Source: Myxococcota bacterium
Lineage (GTDB): Bacteria; Myxococcota; Myxococcia; Myxococcales; Myxococcaceae
Direction of reading: 5' to 3'
Assembly (NCBI GenBank): GCA_049322255.1
Contig: JBMORE010000053.1
Location: 124,001-165,641, forward strand
Length of the DNA: 41,641 bases
A program made the translations under genes and the position numbers. Position 1 is the first letter of the stretch. Each line of letters begins with the position of its first letter. A model generated the notes under the pieces. It ran no database searches and was not told where the DNA came from. It saw only the letters and a program-made list of their open reading frames with translations. Below, in pieces: positions 1 to 9,671 of this stretch.

Positions 1-1084
1 CGCTCGAGCTGGTGACCGCCACCAGGTTGCCACGGCCCGCCCGAGGAAGAATCGCCAGCTCGTTGGCTCCTCCCGGCAGCGGCACCCCGCGCACCACCAA
101 CAGCCGCGGCTCGGAGGTGGTGGCCCCTTGCACGTCGATGACCAAAAGCGTGTCGGGCAGACGCCCAGCGAGGTAGAGGCGGCGCTGATCGGCGGAGAGC
201 GCGATGCCCCGCGCGTCGGCGACCCGAAATTCGTTCTGCAGCCGTGGGTCGAGCACCCGGCGATCGAAGCGGTCGACCAGGCGAACCATCGGCGCCGTCG
301 AAGAGCGGCCGGAGACGAACGCGTAGCGACTGCCCACGGCCACGCCACTGCCGGCGCCCTCGCCGAGCTCGATGAAGTCTTCGGCGCTCACCACCGGGTT
401 TTGGGCGAAGGTGCGAACCAGGTAGGAATGGAAGTCGCTTGCGCTGTCAGGCGGCGAGTCGGCGCGCTGCAGGTGGGTGACGAAGAGCTCGCCATCGGCC
501 GCGATGGCCATCGAGTAGGGCTCGGGAGCACGGGGCAGGCCGGTCTTCGTCCCCTCGAGCTCCACCAGCGAGGGAGAATCGGCAATGCAGTTGTTGCCAC
601 CCCCTTGAGGCGGGGTGAAACAGCTCAAGGTGAGCCCTTCGCCTGCAACGCCGGGCGCCTCGAGCACGTGCAACCGGCTCCCCTCCGCCCGCGAAGGAAC
701 GAAGAGCCGCACGCCTCCGTCCTCCAGCGCAAAGCCCGCCATCTGGCCGGCGAAGCTCTCGGTGAAAACCACCCCGTCGTCCGAGACATTCAGCTCGGTC
801 AGTTGCAAAGGCCCCGTCATCGGCACCGCGGCCCCGAACGAAGGCATTCCCACGCCGCCGCCCCTCACCCGCGCGAGGTTGACCGCCGTCACCGAGCCGA
901 CATCGAAGCGTTTGTCGAAGTTCGAGCTCGCCACGTACAAGAGCCCCTCGGGTGACTCCGGCGAGTCGACGTGGGTAAGTCCGGTCGGGAAATAGAACGC
1001 GCCCAAAGGCGGGGGCGAGAAGGGCGACTCGGCGGGGCACCCGGCCAAGAGGGTGACGAGAGACAGGAGGGCGTATGGGCGCAT
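1..1084 (-). CDS. Lipoprotein, probable beta-propeller (YncE-like); 3' end runs off the window
   Basis: Not in the ORF track because it is open at the edge. Reads MRPYALLSLVTLLAG-C-PAESPFSPPPLGAFYFPTGL...LLYVASSNFDKRFDVGSV from ATG 1084, and the same frame at the window edge reads ...GANELAILPRAGRGNLVAVTSSS. LAGC lipobox; 'FPTGL...LYVASSN' and 'RLFVPSR' resemble propeller blades. Confidence 0.75.
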   Translation of the reverse strand, partial: MRPYALLSLVTLLAGCPAESPFSPPPLGAFYFPTGLTHVDSPESPEGLLYVASSNFDKRFDVGSVTAVNLARVRGGGVGMPSFGAAVPMTGPLQLTELNVSDDGVVFTESFAGQMAGFALEDGGVRLFVPSRAEGSRLHVLEAPGVAGEGLTLSCFTPPQGGGNNCIADSPSLVELEGTKTGLPRAPEPYSMAIAADGELFVTHLQRADSPPDSASDFHSYLVRTFAQNPVVSAEDFIELGEGAGSGVAVGSRYAFVSGRSSTAPMVRLVDRFDRRVLDPRLQNEFRVADARGIALSADQRRLYLAGRLPDTLLVIDVQGATTSEPRLLVVRGVPLPGGANELAILPRAGRGNLVAVTSSS

Positions 1085-1178
1085 TCGAAGGGCGCGTACT
1101 GTAGGAACCTGTTCCTTCAGGAGCAACCGGCAATTCGAGCGGTTGCGGGGTACGGCGCCCCTTTGTTAACGAAGGGCC

Positions 1179-1661
1179 ATGGTGAAGGTCGGCGAGCCGG
1201 CCCCCGACTTCGAAGCGGTGGCGTCGAACGGAACGACGGTGCGCCTGTCGGCGCTGCGCGGGCGTCACGTCGTTCTCTACTTCTTCCCCAAGGCGTTCAC
1301 TCCCGGATGCACCGCACAGACCCGGCGCTTTCGCGACAACTACCCCGAGCTGGCAGCGCTGGGCGCCGAAGTGATGGGCGTCTCCATCGATACGCCGGAC
1401 ACACAGTGCCGGTTCGCTCAAAAAGAAACCGTCCCTTTCCCGATGATCGCTGACCCCCAGCGCACCATCAGCCGTGCCTTCGGCGTCTTGTGGCCGCTGT
1501 TCCACGTCGACAAGCGAGTCACTTTCGTCATCGACCCCGGCGGCGTCGTGGAGGCGGTGTTCCACCACGAGTTTCAGGTCAACCGGCACCTCGACGACGT
1601 CGTGCGACACTTGAAGAAGAAGTCGAGCGCTACGGCCGCGTCCCGTCGAAGCTCCAGCTGA
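1179..1661 (+). CDS. bcp: Peroxiredoxin Q / bacterioferritin comigratory protein
   Basis: G.PAPDF, VVLYFFPKAFTPGCT (peroxidatic PxxxTxxC), GVSID, second Cys in TQCRFA, RVTFVIDP. Confidence 0.9.
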   Translation: MVKVGEPAPDFEAVASNGTTVRLSALRGRHVVLYFFPKAFTPGCTAQTRRFRDNYPELAALGAEVMGVSIDTPDTQCRFAQKETVPFPMIADPQRTISRAFGVLWPLFHVDKRVTFVIDPGGVVEAVFHHEFQVNRHLDDVVRHLKKKSSATAASRRSSS

Positions 1662-1803
1662 GCGGGCTTTCCACCAACCCGCTCTTCCCGGTGCCGGTGA
1701 GCTGCACCGAGAGGTTCTTCGCGTTGGAGGTGCCGGCGACCTGCGCCGGGGGAGGTCCGCACGAGACGAAAAGAAACGCGAGCGTGAGGAGGAAGTCCTT
1801 CAT
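1630..1803 (-). CDS. Small putative lipoprotein (57 aa), coupled to glyS
   Basis: ATGA overlap with the glyS stop, GGAGG just upstream, [19 protein letters not shown] signal/lipobox-like N-terminus. Overlaps the bcp 3' end convergently. Confidence 0.45.
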   Translation of the reverse strand: MKDFLLTLAFLFVSCGPPPAQVAGTSNAKNLSVQLTGTGKSGLVESPLSWSFDGTRP

Positions 1804-3899
1804 GCGGCCTCCGCCTGAATCTTGGAGAAGTCGGCGATGCGGTTGAACAGCCCACCGATCTCGGTGAGGAAGCGCACCCGGTTCTCCCGGAGCGACTTGT
1901 CCTCCGCCATCACCATCACCTTGTCGAAAAAGGTGTCGACCGCGGGCTTGAGCGAGGTGATCTCCTTGAGCGCGGCGGCGTACTCGTCTTTTTCGAGCAG
2001 GCGATCCACCTTGCCTTTGGCGCGGGTGTACTCGGCGTGCAGCTTCTTCTCCGGCTCGTCGGTGAACTTGCCGGGGTCCGCGTGACCGGCGGCGACGTCC
2101 TTGCCTTGCTTCTCGACGATGTTCACCACCCGTTTGAACGCCACCGCCAGCGGCTGAAAATCGGCCTGCCCGACGATGGCCGACAGCGCCTCGAGTCTCT
2201 TCCGCGCCGCGACCAGATCGTCGAAGCCTGCGGCGAGCACCGCCTCGACCACGTCGGTGCGAAACTCCTCGGTCCACATCGACCGCAGCCGGCCGCGGAA
2301 GAAGTCGAGCACCTGCTCACGCACCGGCGCCTCGCCCTTCTTCTTCACCTTCTCCAACTTGGGGGCGAGCAGCTCGAGCGCCTCGTCCACCGCCTCGGAG
2401 AGGAGGTACCGGTACCCGCGTGCCACGGTGATGTGGATGATCGCCAGGCACGCGCGGCGCAGGCCAAAAGGGTCAGCGGCGCCGGTGGGGCCCTTGCCGA
2501 TGCCGAAGATGCCGCTCAAGGTGTCGAAGCGGTCGGCCAGGCCGATGAGCGCACCCGCGTCTTGGGTGGGCAAGGCATCTTGGGCGTAGCGCGGCAGGTA
2601 GTGCTCGAAGATGGCCAGCGCGACCTCGGGAGGCTCGCCGCTCGCCTTGGCGTATTCGCGGCCCATCACCCCCTGCAGCTCGGGGAACTCGCCCACCATG
2701 CCGGTGACGAGGTCGGCCTTCGCCAGCGTCGAGGCCCGCTCGATCGTCGCGCGCTGAGGGGAGCGGCCGCTCTTCTCGGCGAGGAACACCGCCAGCGCGC
2801 GGAAGCGGTCGACCTTCTCGGCCCAGCTGCCCAGCTGACCCTGCCACACCACCCGGTGCAGCTTCTCCACCCGGTCGATGAGCGGGGTGCGCCGGTCTTC
2901 GTCGAAGAAGAAGCGCCCGTCGGACAGCCGCGCCTTCAAGACGCGCTCGTAGCCCCGCAACGAGAGCTTGGGGTCCTTCACCGGGGTGTTGGAGACGGCG
3001 ATGAACTTGGGCAAAAGCCGGCCGCGCTCGTCAGTCAAAGAGAAGTAGCGCTGATGGCTCTTCATCTCCTGCACCAGCACCTCGGGCGGCAGATCGAGGT
3101 GGCGCTCCTCGAACGCGCCCACCACCGGCGAGGGCAGCTCGACCAAGTTGGTCACCTGATCGACCAGCGCATCGTCCTCGAGCAGCTTGCCGCCCGCCGC
3201 CTTCGCCGCCTCCCGCACCCGCTCGAGCACGAGGGAGCGGCGCTTGCCGACGTCGGCGATCACCTTGGCCTTCTCCAGCGCGCCCTCGTAGTCGGCAGGC
3301 CGTTGGAGCTCGATTGCCCCCGGCGCGAGGAAGCGGTGGCCGTACGTCACCCGCCCGCTGCGGACGTCGCCGAACACCACCGGGAGCACCTCCTTACCCA
3401 ACAGCGCCACGATCCAGTGCACCGGCCGGGCGAAGGAGAGCTCCACCTCGCCCCAGCGCATCGACTTCTTGAAGTTGATCGAGTGCACCGCGGTGTGGAG
3501 CACCTCTTTCAAAATCTCCGCCGCGGTTCTGCCCTTCTCTTCCACCTTGGCGGCCAGGTACTCGCCCTTGGGGGTTACGACGCGCAAGAGCTTCTCCACG
3601 GGCAGCCCGTGGCCTTCGGCGAACTTCTCGGCAGCCTTGGTGGGCTTGCCGTCTTTGTCGAAGGCGGCCCGCGTCGAGGGACCGGTCACCTCCCGGACAG
3701 CGTCGGGGCTTTGGTCAACGACCCCCTGGACGAAGAGCGCCAGCCGCCGTGGGGTGCCGAAGGTGCGCACCTCGCCATGTTTCAAGCCCGCCGCCGCAAC
3801 GCGCTCGGTGAAGACCCGGCGCAGGTCCTCCAGCGCCGGCCCGATGAACGACGCGGGAATCTCCTCGGCGCCGATCTCGAGCAGCAAGTCCTCAGGCAC
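1800..3899 (-). CDS. glyS: Glycine--tRNA ligase beta subunit
   Basis: [59 protein letters not shown]-terminal DALR-like domain. Confidence 0.98.
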   Translation of the reverse strand: MPEDLLLEIGAEEIPASFIGPALEDLRRVFTERVAAAGLKHGEVRTFGTPRRLALFVQGVVDQSPDAVREVTGPSTRAAFDKDGKPTKAAEKFAEGHGLPVEKLLRVVTPKGEYLAAKVEEKGRTAAEILKEVLHTAVHSINFKKSMRWGEVELSFARPVHWIVALLGKEVLPVVFGDVRSGRVTYGHRFLAPGAIELQRPADYEGALEKAKVIADVGKRRSLVLERVREAAKAAGGKLLEDDALVDQVTNLVELPSPVVGAFEERHLDLPPEVLVQEMKSHQRYFSLTDERGRLLPKFIAVSNTPVKDPKLSLRGYERVLKARLSDGRFFFDEDRRTPLIDRVEKLHRVVWQGQLGSWAEKVDRFRALAVFLAEKSGRSPQRATIERASTLAKADLVTGMVGEFPELQGVMGREYAKASGEPPEVALAIFEHYLPRYAQDALPTQDAGALIGLADRFDTLSGIFGIGKGPTGAADPFGLRRACLAIIHITVARGYRYLLSEAVDEALELLAPKLEKVKKKGEAPVREQVLDFFRGRLRSMWTEEFRTDVVEAVLAAGFDDLVAARKRLEALSAIVGQADFQPLAVAFKRVVNIVEKQGKDVAAGHADPGKFTDEPEKKLHAEYTRAKGKVDRLLEKDEYAAALKEITSLKPAVDTFFDKVMVMAEDKSLRENRVRFLTEIGGLFNRIADFSKIQAEAA

Positions 3900-4863
3900 G
3901 GGGCTCCTCCTTCTTGTCCTGGAAGGAGACCGTCTTCCAGTGCTCCGACGCCGGCTTGCCTTCTAGCACCGTGGGCTGCTCACCCACCGTCCACTTCGTC
4001 TTCGAGAGCGGGTAGCCCAGCCTCTCGCGCATGCGCAAATACTCTTCCGCACACCGCCGGGCGTTGTCACGCACCCGCTTGATGAAAGCGGCGCGCTCGG
4101 TGACCGAAATCGCCCCGCGGGCGTCGAGCAGGTTGAACGTGTGCGAGCACTTGAGGGCGTAGTCGTAGGCCGGCAGCGGCAGCTCTTGCTCCAGGAGCCG
4201 CTTGCACTCCTTCTCGTAGCTGTCGAAGAGCGCAAAGAGCATCGCGGGATCTGACTCGTGGAGCGCGTACTTGCTCATCTCCACTTCGTTGGCGTGGAAC
4301 ACCTCGCGGTACTTGATGCCCCGGGCCCACTCGATGTCGAAGACGTTCTCCACGTTCTGCAGGTACATGCAGATGCGCTCCAGCCCGTAGGTGAGCTCGG
4401 CCGACACCGGCCTGCACTCGAAGCCACCACACTGCTGGAAGTAGGTGAACTGGGTGATTTCCATTCCGTCGCACCACACCTCCCAGCCCAGGCCCCAGGC
4501 GCCCAGGGTGGGAGACTCCCAGTCGTCCTCCACGAAGCGAATGTCGTGCTCCAAAGGGTCGATGCCGAACGCGCGGACCGAGTCGAGGTAGAGCGCCTGC
4601 ACGTTCTTCGGCGCCGGCTTCAAGACGACCTGGTACTGATGGTGCTGGAAGAGTCGGTTGGGGTTCTCGCCGAAGCGGCCGTCGGCGGGGCGCCGCGAAG
4701 GCTGCACGTAGGCCACGTTCCACGGCTCGGGGCCCAGCGCACGCAGGAAGGTCGCCGGCGCCATCGTGCCCGCTCCCACCTCCAGATCGTAGGGCTGAGT
4801 GAGGATGCAGCCCTGCTTCGCCCAATGGCTCTGCAGGGAAAGGATCAAATCCTGAAAATACAT
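3892..4863 (-). CDS. glyQ: Glycine--tRNA ligase alpha subunit
   Basis: [67 protein letters not shown]. Start placed at ATG 4863. Confidence 0.98.
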   Translation of the reverse strand: MYFQDLILSLQSHWAKQGCILTQPYDLEVGAGTMAPATFLRALGPEPWNVAYVQPSRRPADGRFGENPNRLFQHHQYQVVLKPAPKNVQALYLDSVRAFGIDPLEHDIRFVEDDWESPTLGAWGLGWEVWCDGMEITQFTYFQQCGGFECRPVSAELTYGLERICMYLQNVENVFDIEWARGIKYREVFHANEVEMSKYALHESDPAMLFALFDSYEKECKRLLEQELPLPAYDYALKCSHTFNLLDARGAISVTERAAFIKRVRDNARRCAEEYLRMRERLGYPLSKTKWTVGEQPTVLEGKPASEHWKTVSFQDKKEEPRA

Positions 4864-4873
4864 AGGGCCGCGG

Positions 4874-4902
4874 AACTTAGGGAGGCGGCCTTCGGCGGGC
4901 AA
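4874..4902 (-). promoter_or_regulatory. Putative sigma70 promoter of glyQS
   Basis: TTGCCC-N17-TAAGTT on the minus strand, ending 10 nt before the glyQ ATG. Confidence 0.5.
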
Positions 4903-4923
4903 GCGTTGGTTGAGCGAGACCGC

Positions 4924-7053
4924 TTACCGCGTTTCGCTGCCCACGAAGCCCTTCACCTCGCGCGTCTTGCCCGCTTCGATGTCCACGTTGAGCGGGTGCT
5001 CACCACCCCACGGGTCGCGCAAGGTGAACGCGTAGCGACCGGCCGGGAGGGTGAGCTCGAGCTGGCGCTGAATCTTTTGCCCGGAGGACATGTCACAGGT
5101 GGCACCCAGCTTGGAGCCGCCCTCGAAGACCTCCATGCACTTCACAGTGGTGAGCACCAACCTTCCGGCGTCGGCTTTGGCCAAACCGGTCGCGCTCTTG
5201 GTACTGATGACGTCGGGGCGCCCCCCTGTTTTGGCTGCCATTCGACCCCGGCCCTTGTCCACCAACCCGCGCAGCTCGGCGATTTGTCGCTCCAGCTGGG
5301 AAATGCGCGCGCTGTTGGCGGCACCGGTGGCCTGACCGGCCTTGGCCAACATCTTGAGGGTTCGTTGCTCTTCTTCCAAGCGGTCGAGCTGGGCGATCTG
5401 CTCGTCGAGCTTCTTCAGCTCTTCTTGCATCTCGGGCGAATTCACCGCCGCCTCGATCGCGGCTTGCTCCTCGCGCAAGCGGCGTTCCTCCGCCTCGTGC
5501 TTTTCCTTCTCGACGAGCCACTGCGGCTTGGGGCCAGCCTTCTTCATCGCCTCTTCCAAGGAGGGAGGAGGAGGCGGCGGCGGCTCCTCGAGGCCGTTCT
5601 TTGCCGCGACGAGGAGCGTGTCGGCAAGGCCCGGCCTGAGCTTGAACGCCGCGGCGAGCACTCCCATCAGGAGCACCGCCACGACGACGGCGGCGAGGCC
5701 ACCCTTACCTTTCTTCGCATCGGTGTGGCCGTGGCGACGCTTGCCCACTGGCACCTCCTGGGTGATCGCCCGGCGCTGCCGGTCCGTCGACTCCTCGGAG
5801 TGTCCGTCGCTTTCGCTGTAGGCCTGCTCTCTGGCCGGCATCCGGGCAGAAGGGCGCTGGGTACCCTTGCGGGCCTGGGGAGGAGACAGCCCCAAGTTGG
5901 GCACGGCCTTGAGGCTGGGCTCGGTTTCGTCGGTGGGCGAAACCGGAGCTGGCCTGCGCCCGCTGGGGCGTTTGGGGGTGGCGCTCTTCGACTCGCCGGC
6001 GTCGGACTCGCGCAGCTGCCTCACCGCCGCCGACATGCCGCGGTCGTCGTCCTTCGAGGCCAGGTCGAGCAGCGAGCGGGTGGTGGAAATTTTGTCTTCG
6101 AACAGCTCCCTCATGAAGCCGGACAGACCGTCCTCATCGAGCAAGTGGGCCCCCGCGGCCTCCTCGATGGCGCGGGCCATCTCCTTGCCGTGGGCGAAGC
6201 GTTGCTCGCGCTTGCGCGACAAGGCCCTCATCACCACCTGGTCGAGGGCTGGGGGAATCCTGGGGTTCAAGTTGCGCGGGGGGCCGACCTCCGCCTCGGC
6301 AATCTTGAGCATCATCTGGGCCTCGCTGACCGCTGCAAACGCCCGCTGCCCAGTGAGAAGCTCGTACAACAAGGCCCCCGCCGAGAAGAGGTCGCTACGC
6401 CCATCGAGCTGCTCGTTGCGCACCTGCTCGGGCGACATGTACCCGCTGGTGCCCTTCACCACGCCCACCTGGGTGCGGTTGAGCCGGCCACGCGCCTTGG
6501 CGATGCCGAAGTCGATCACCTTCACCTCGCCGCTGTAGGTGACCATCACGTTCTTCGGGGAGACGTCGCGGTGCACCACCGGCTGCGGCTTACCCGAGGG
6601 GGAAACGAAGGTGTGCGCATAGTGCAGCCCCAAGCAGGCGTCGCGCACCACCCGGCAGGCAAACCCGACGGGAACCTCCCGCTGCTGCTTCGCAGAGCGC
6701 CGGAGGACCTGCTCGAGGTTCTGCCCGGCGATGAATTCCATCGCCAAGTAGAGCTCCCCGTCCTCCTCCCCCAAGTCGAACACCTGGCCGATGTTCGAGT
6801 GGGTCAAGGTGGCGGTGAGGCGCGCCTCGTCCAGAAACATCTTGACGAACTGCTCGTCCGCCTTGACGTCGGGGAGAATCTGCTTGAGGGCGACGAACTT
6901 GCGAAAGCCTCCCGGCCCCGCGGTGTAGGCGAGGAAGAGCTCGGCCATCCCCCCCACCGAGAGGCGGGTGAGGATGACATATTTTCCAAGACGCCGTCCG
7001 CGGTCTGCGTTCGTTACGCCCGCACCGGCGCCCCTGGTGGAGGGCGGGGCCAT
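4924..7053 (-). CDS. Membrane-anchored Hanks-type Ser/Thr protein kinase
   Basis: SVGGMAELF, VALKQI, HRDVSPKNVM, DFGIAK, GTSGYMSPEQ, DLFSAG; one TM (LAAVVVAVLLMGVLAAAF), poly-Pro, coiled coil, C-terminal PEGA-like beta domain. Start placed at ATG 7053 after AAGGA. Confidence 0.93.
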   Translation of the reverse strand: MAPPSTRGAGAGVTNADRGRRLGKYVILTRLSVGGMAELFLAYTAGPGGFRKFVALKQILPDVKADEQFVKMFLDEARLTATLTHSNIGQVFDLGEEDGELYLAMEFIAGQNLEQVLRRSAKQQREVPVGFACRVVRDACLGLHYAHTFVSPSGKPQPVVHRDVSPKNVMVTYSGEVKVIDFGIAKARGRLNRTQVGVVKGTSGYMSPEQVRNEQLDGRSDLFSAGALLYELLTGQRAFAAVSEAQMMLKIAEAEVGPPRNLNPRIPPALDQVVMRALSRKREQRFAHGKEMARAIEEAAGAHLLDEDGLSGFMRELFEDKISTTRSLLDLASKDDDRGMSAAVRQLRESDAGESKSATPKRPSGRRPAPVSPTDETEPSLKAVPNLGLSPPQARKGTQRPSARMPAREQAYSESDGHSEESTDRQRRAITQEVPVGKRRHGHTDAKKGKGGLAAVVVAVLLMGVLAAAFKLRPGLADTLLVAAKNGLEEPPPPPPPSLEEAMKKAGPKPQWLVEKEKHEAEERRLREEQAAIEAAVNSPEMQEELKKLDEQIAQLDRLEEEQRTLKMLAKAGQATGAANSARISQLERQIAELRGLVDKGRGRMAAKTGGRPDVISTKSATGLAKADAGRLVLTTVKCMEVFEGGSKLGATCDMSSGQKIQRQLELTLPAGRYAFTLRDPWGGEHPLNVDIEAGKTREVKGFVGSETR

Positions 7054-7087
7054 CGTCCTTTTGCATCCTAGAACGAATTCGCCCACC

Positions 7088-8383
7088 CTACTCTTTGAGA
7101 ATGGCGTAGGGGCGCAGCGACTTCAGCCAGCAGTGGGTGTTGGCGTAGGTCTGGTTACCCACCGACAAGAGCTGGTAGCCGCGGCCGCCCAAAAGCTTTT
7201 GCGCGCTCTTTCCCGGCTCCACCTCGACATTCTCCCCGCCCGCCGAGAAGACGGTGTGCACGAACAGCCGCTTGCCACATTCGTCGTGCGAGCAGCCGAT
7301 GGTCTGAAGCCCGTTGGAGACGGTGAAGGGCGCGGTATCGGCGGCGGGAAGGAGGTTCACCAGCTGCGCGGTGTCGGCGGCCAAGAGAAGCGCGCCTGCC
7401 GAGTCGCGAACCACCAACGCCCGCTGGTCGTAGTTGTCCTCGGTCGAGCCGTCGACGAGCTTCACCCTCACCGTGGGCCCGGGCACCAGAGGCACCGAGT
7501 AACCGGGGGGAAGCGTCAGGAAGACGGCCCCGTTGAGCGGCTCTCCCGCGGCGCCTGCACGCATCAGCCGCAAGGTCATCGTCCCGTTCTGGTAGAGCAC
7601 CGAGCTGATCGTCCCCGTGCCCTCGTAGATTCGCTGGTCGCCCTGGTAGGTGACAGTGAAGAAGCCCTGGTCATCGGGCTCACCGACGCGCAGCTGCCAG
7701 GGGCCGCCGACTTGGGGAAAGTCATTGGCCGGGCACGCCAAGGTGCAGATACCACCGAGGCAGAGCTCCTCACCCTTGCATTGGGCCGCGGAAGAGCAGT
7801 CAGCGCCCCGCTCGGGCGATACCTCGACCACTCCATCGACGGGCTGAAACTCACGCCCCACGCACAGAACCGACTGCTCCGGCAGCGAGCCCAGCCCCTC
7901 GCTTCCCCCATCGAGCGACTGAAAGCTCGGCGCCGAGGGCGAGTAGCACAGCTTCAAGCTGAAAGTTTCGTCGCGTGGAGGAACCTCGGCGGAAAGGCAG
8001 GGCCGGCCACCCACCAAAGACCCGCATGAGGCAATGCCGCCCACCTGCACCCGCCCGCTCCACACACGCTCGACGCTCTCTCCCGGCGCCACCTTGCGTA
8101 AGACGGCTGGAGGGTTGGGTTGGGAACATTCGCAGCCCTTGCAGACGACATCGCAGGAGAGGCACTCGCAGGCCGGCGACTCCACGAAGCTTTGCCAGGT
8201 GAAGTTGACCCGCCGCTGCACCTGCATACCCAGCCGCCCGTCGGAGTCATCGACGAAGAGCACTCCCCGCGAGGTGTTCTTGAGGCGCAAGGTGACGGGG
8301 GTCGCCTCCTCGGGGCCACAGCGACAAGCCGACAACGAGAGCGCGAGGAGGGCGAAAGTCCCGCGGCGGAGGTTTTGGTTCAT
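7088..8383 (-). CDS. Cys-containing hypothetical lipoprotein
   Basis: MNQNLRRGTFALLALSLSA-C lipobox; CECLSCDVVCKGCEC cluster and a C-x5-C-x5-C-x4-C module; codirectional with the kinase (34 nt gap). Confidence 0.8.
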   Translation of the reverse strand: MNQNLRRGTFALLALSLSACRCGPEEATPVTLRLKNTSRGVLFVDDSDGRLGMQVQRRVNFTWQSFVESPACECLSCDVVCKGCECSQPNPPAVLRKVAPGESVERVWSGRVQVGGIASCGSLVGGRPCLSAEVPPRDETFSLKLCYSPSAPSFQSLDGGSEGLGSLPEQSVLCVGREFQPVDGVVEVSPERGADCSSAAQCKGEELCLGGICTLACPANDFPQVGGPWQLRVGEPDDQGFFTVTYQGDQRIYEGTGTISSVLYQNGTMTLRLMRAGAAGEPLNGAVFLTLPPGYSVPLVPGPTVRVKLVDGSTEDNYDQRALVVRDSAGALLLAADTAQLVNLLPAADTAPFTVSNGLQTIGCSHDECGKRLFVHTVFSAGGENVEVEPGKSAQKLLGGRGYQLLSVGNQTYANTHCWLKSLRPYAILKE

Positions 8384-8538
8384 ACGGGTGGCACCGGCGC
8401 GGCCCTTGCCGATGGCTCCTGTCTAGGCCGGCGCGAATTCGTACGCAACTGGCGCCGGTGCCGCAGTTTCCTGACGCAGCGATAGCCCGCCGGGCGGCCA
8501 AGCAGCTGAATTTCGTCGGCGCGCTGGCCGTCATCGGG

Positions 8539-8555
8539 CCGGCGTGGAGCTTGCT
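8539..8555 (+). promoter_or_regulatory. Putative sigma54 (-24/-12) promoter
   Basis: CC-GG-CGTGGAGCTT-GC-T fits GG-N10-GC with TTGC, about 37 nt upstream of ATG 8592. Confidence 0.5.
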
Positions 8556-8591
8556 ACCTGCGCCCCGTTTACGCCAATCTGCGGCGCGCTC

Positions 8592-9671
8592 ATGAGAGGA
8601 AGCTTCGCCACCGTCGGTTTGTTCTTCTGCGCCCTCGCGGCAGGGTGCGACGACGTCGGGAAGGAGAACGGCCGAGGCGCCGCGGTGCCTCAAGTGGCGC
8701 CGCCCAAGCTGTCTCCGGTGGAGATCCTCCCGCCGAAGATCGACCGCAACATCGCCCAGCGGGTGGAGATTCGCGACCCGCCCCGCATCGACGCCACCCA
8801 GGTCGACGTCCACAAGCAGGCCGACGGGGTCGTCGACATTCTCTGGGTGATCGACGACTCCGGTTCGATGAAGAACCAACGGGCGACGCTGGTGGGCAAT
8901 TTCGACCGGTTCCTCCAGGAGCTCTTGTCTCTCCAAGTCGACTTCCAAATCGGTGTCACCTCGACCAACGCCAACGACGGCGGGCGGCTGCGCGGCACCA
9001 CCAAAATCATCAAGACCACCACCCCCGACCCCCGCGCGGTGTTCCAGGCCAACACCACCTTCCCTGACTCGCGCACCCGCTGGGAGCAGGGCCTGCGCAT
9101 GGCCCAGTTCGCGGTGAGCTCGCCCAACATCGATCCCGGCGGTCCCAACGAGGGCTTCTTGCGGCCCAACGCCGCGCTGGCGATCATCGTGGTGAGCGAC
9201 GAAGACGACTCGAGCTACGGAGATCCCGCGTACTATGCGCGCGCCTTCCGCTCGGCCAAGAGCAAGGGCAACGAAAACCTGGTCTCCTTCTCCACCATCG
9301 GCGGCATCACCCCGTCGGGCTGCTTCCCGCCGGGAGAGCAAATCTATTTCGGAGGGCTCGCCGAGCCCGCCTTCCGCTACGCGGCGGTCTCGCAGAAGAC
9401 CGGAGGCGTGGTGGGGTCGATCTGCGACGCGTCTTTCGAGAACACCCTCATTCAGATTGCCCAGGCCCTCAACACGCTCCGCCGGGTGTTCCCGCTGACC
9501 TTGACCCCTTCCAATGAGGCGATCGCCGTGACGGTGAACGGCGCGGTGGTGCCACGCGACGTGGTCAATGGCTGGCAGTACCGGCCGGAGACCAACAGCG
9601 TCGCCTTCCTGGGCAACTACGTGCCGCCGCCGGCGGCGATCGTCCGCATCGAGTACGCGTACTCCCAATGA
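8592..9671 (+). CDS. VWA-domain (MIDAS) lipoprotein
   Basis: LAAG-C lipobox; VDILWVIDDSGSM (DxSxS MIDAS), QIGVTST, LAIIVVSDEDD; C-terminal beta-sandwich (VTVNG...WQY...VAFLG...VRIEY). Confidence 0.88.
   Translation: MRGSFATVGLFFCALAAGCDDVGKENGRGAAVPQVAPPKLSPVEILPPKIDRNIAQRVEIRDPPRIDATQVDVHKQADGVVDILWVIDDSGSMKNQRATLVGNFDRFLQELLSLQVDFQIGVTSTNANDGGRLRGTTKIIKTTTPDPRAVFQANTTFPDSRTRWEQGLRMAQFAVSSPNIDPGGPNEGFLRPNAALAIIVVSDEDDSSYGDPAYYARAFRSAKSKGNENLVSFSTIGGITPSGCFPPGEQIYFGGLAEPAFRYAAVSQKTGGVVGSICDASFENTLIQIAQALNTLRRVFPLTLTPSNEAIAVTVNGAVVPRDVVNGWQYRPETNSVAFLGNYVPPPAAIVRIEYAYSQ

Noticed and set aside
128..1610. ORF-track calls 128..955(+), 447..1610(-), 615..995(+), 971..1453(+)
   Set aside because: They overlap the better supported minus-strand lipoprotein (ATG 1084) and bcp.
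2037..7071. 681-aa and 937-aa + strand ORFs antisense to glyS, glyQ and the kinase
   Set aside because: Same shadow-ORF effect; composition typical of antisense translation.
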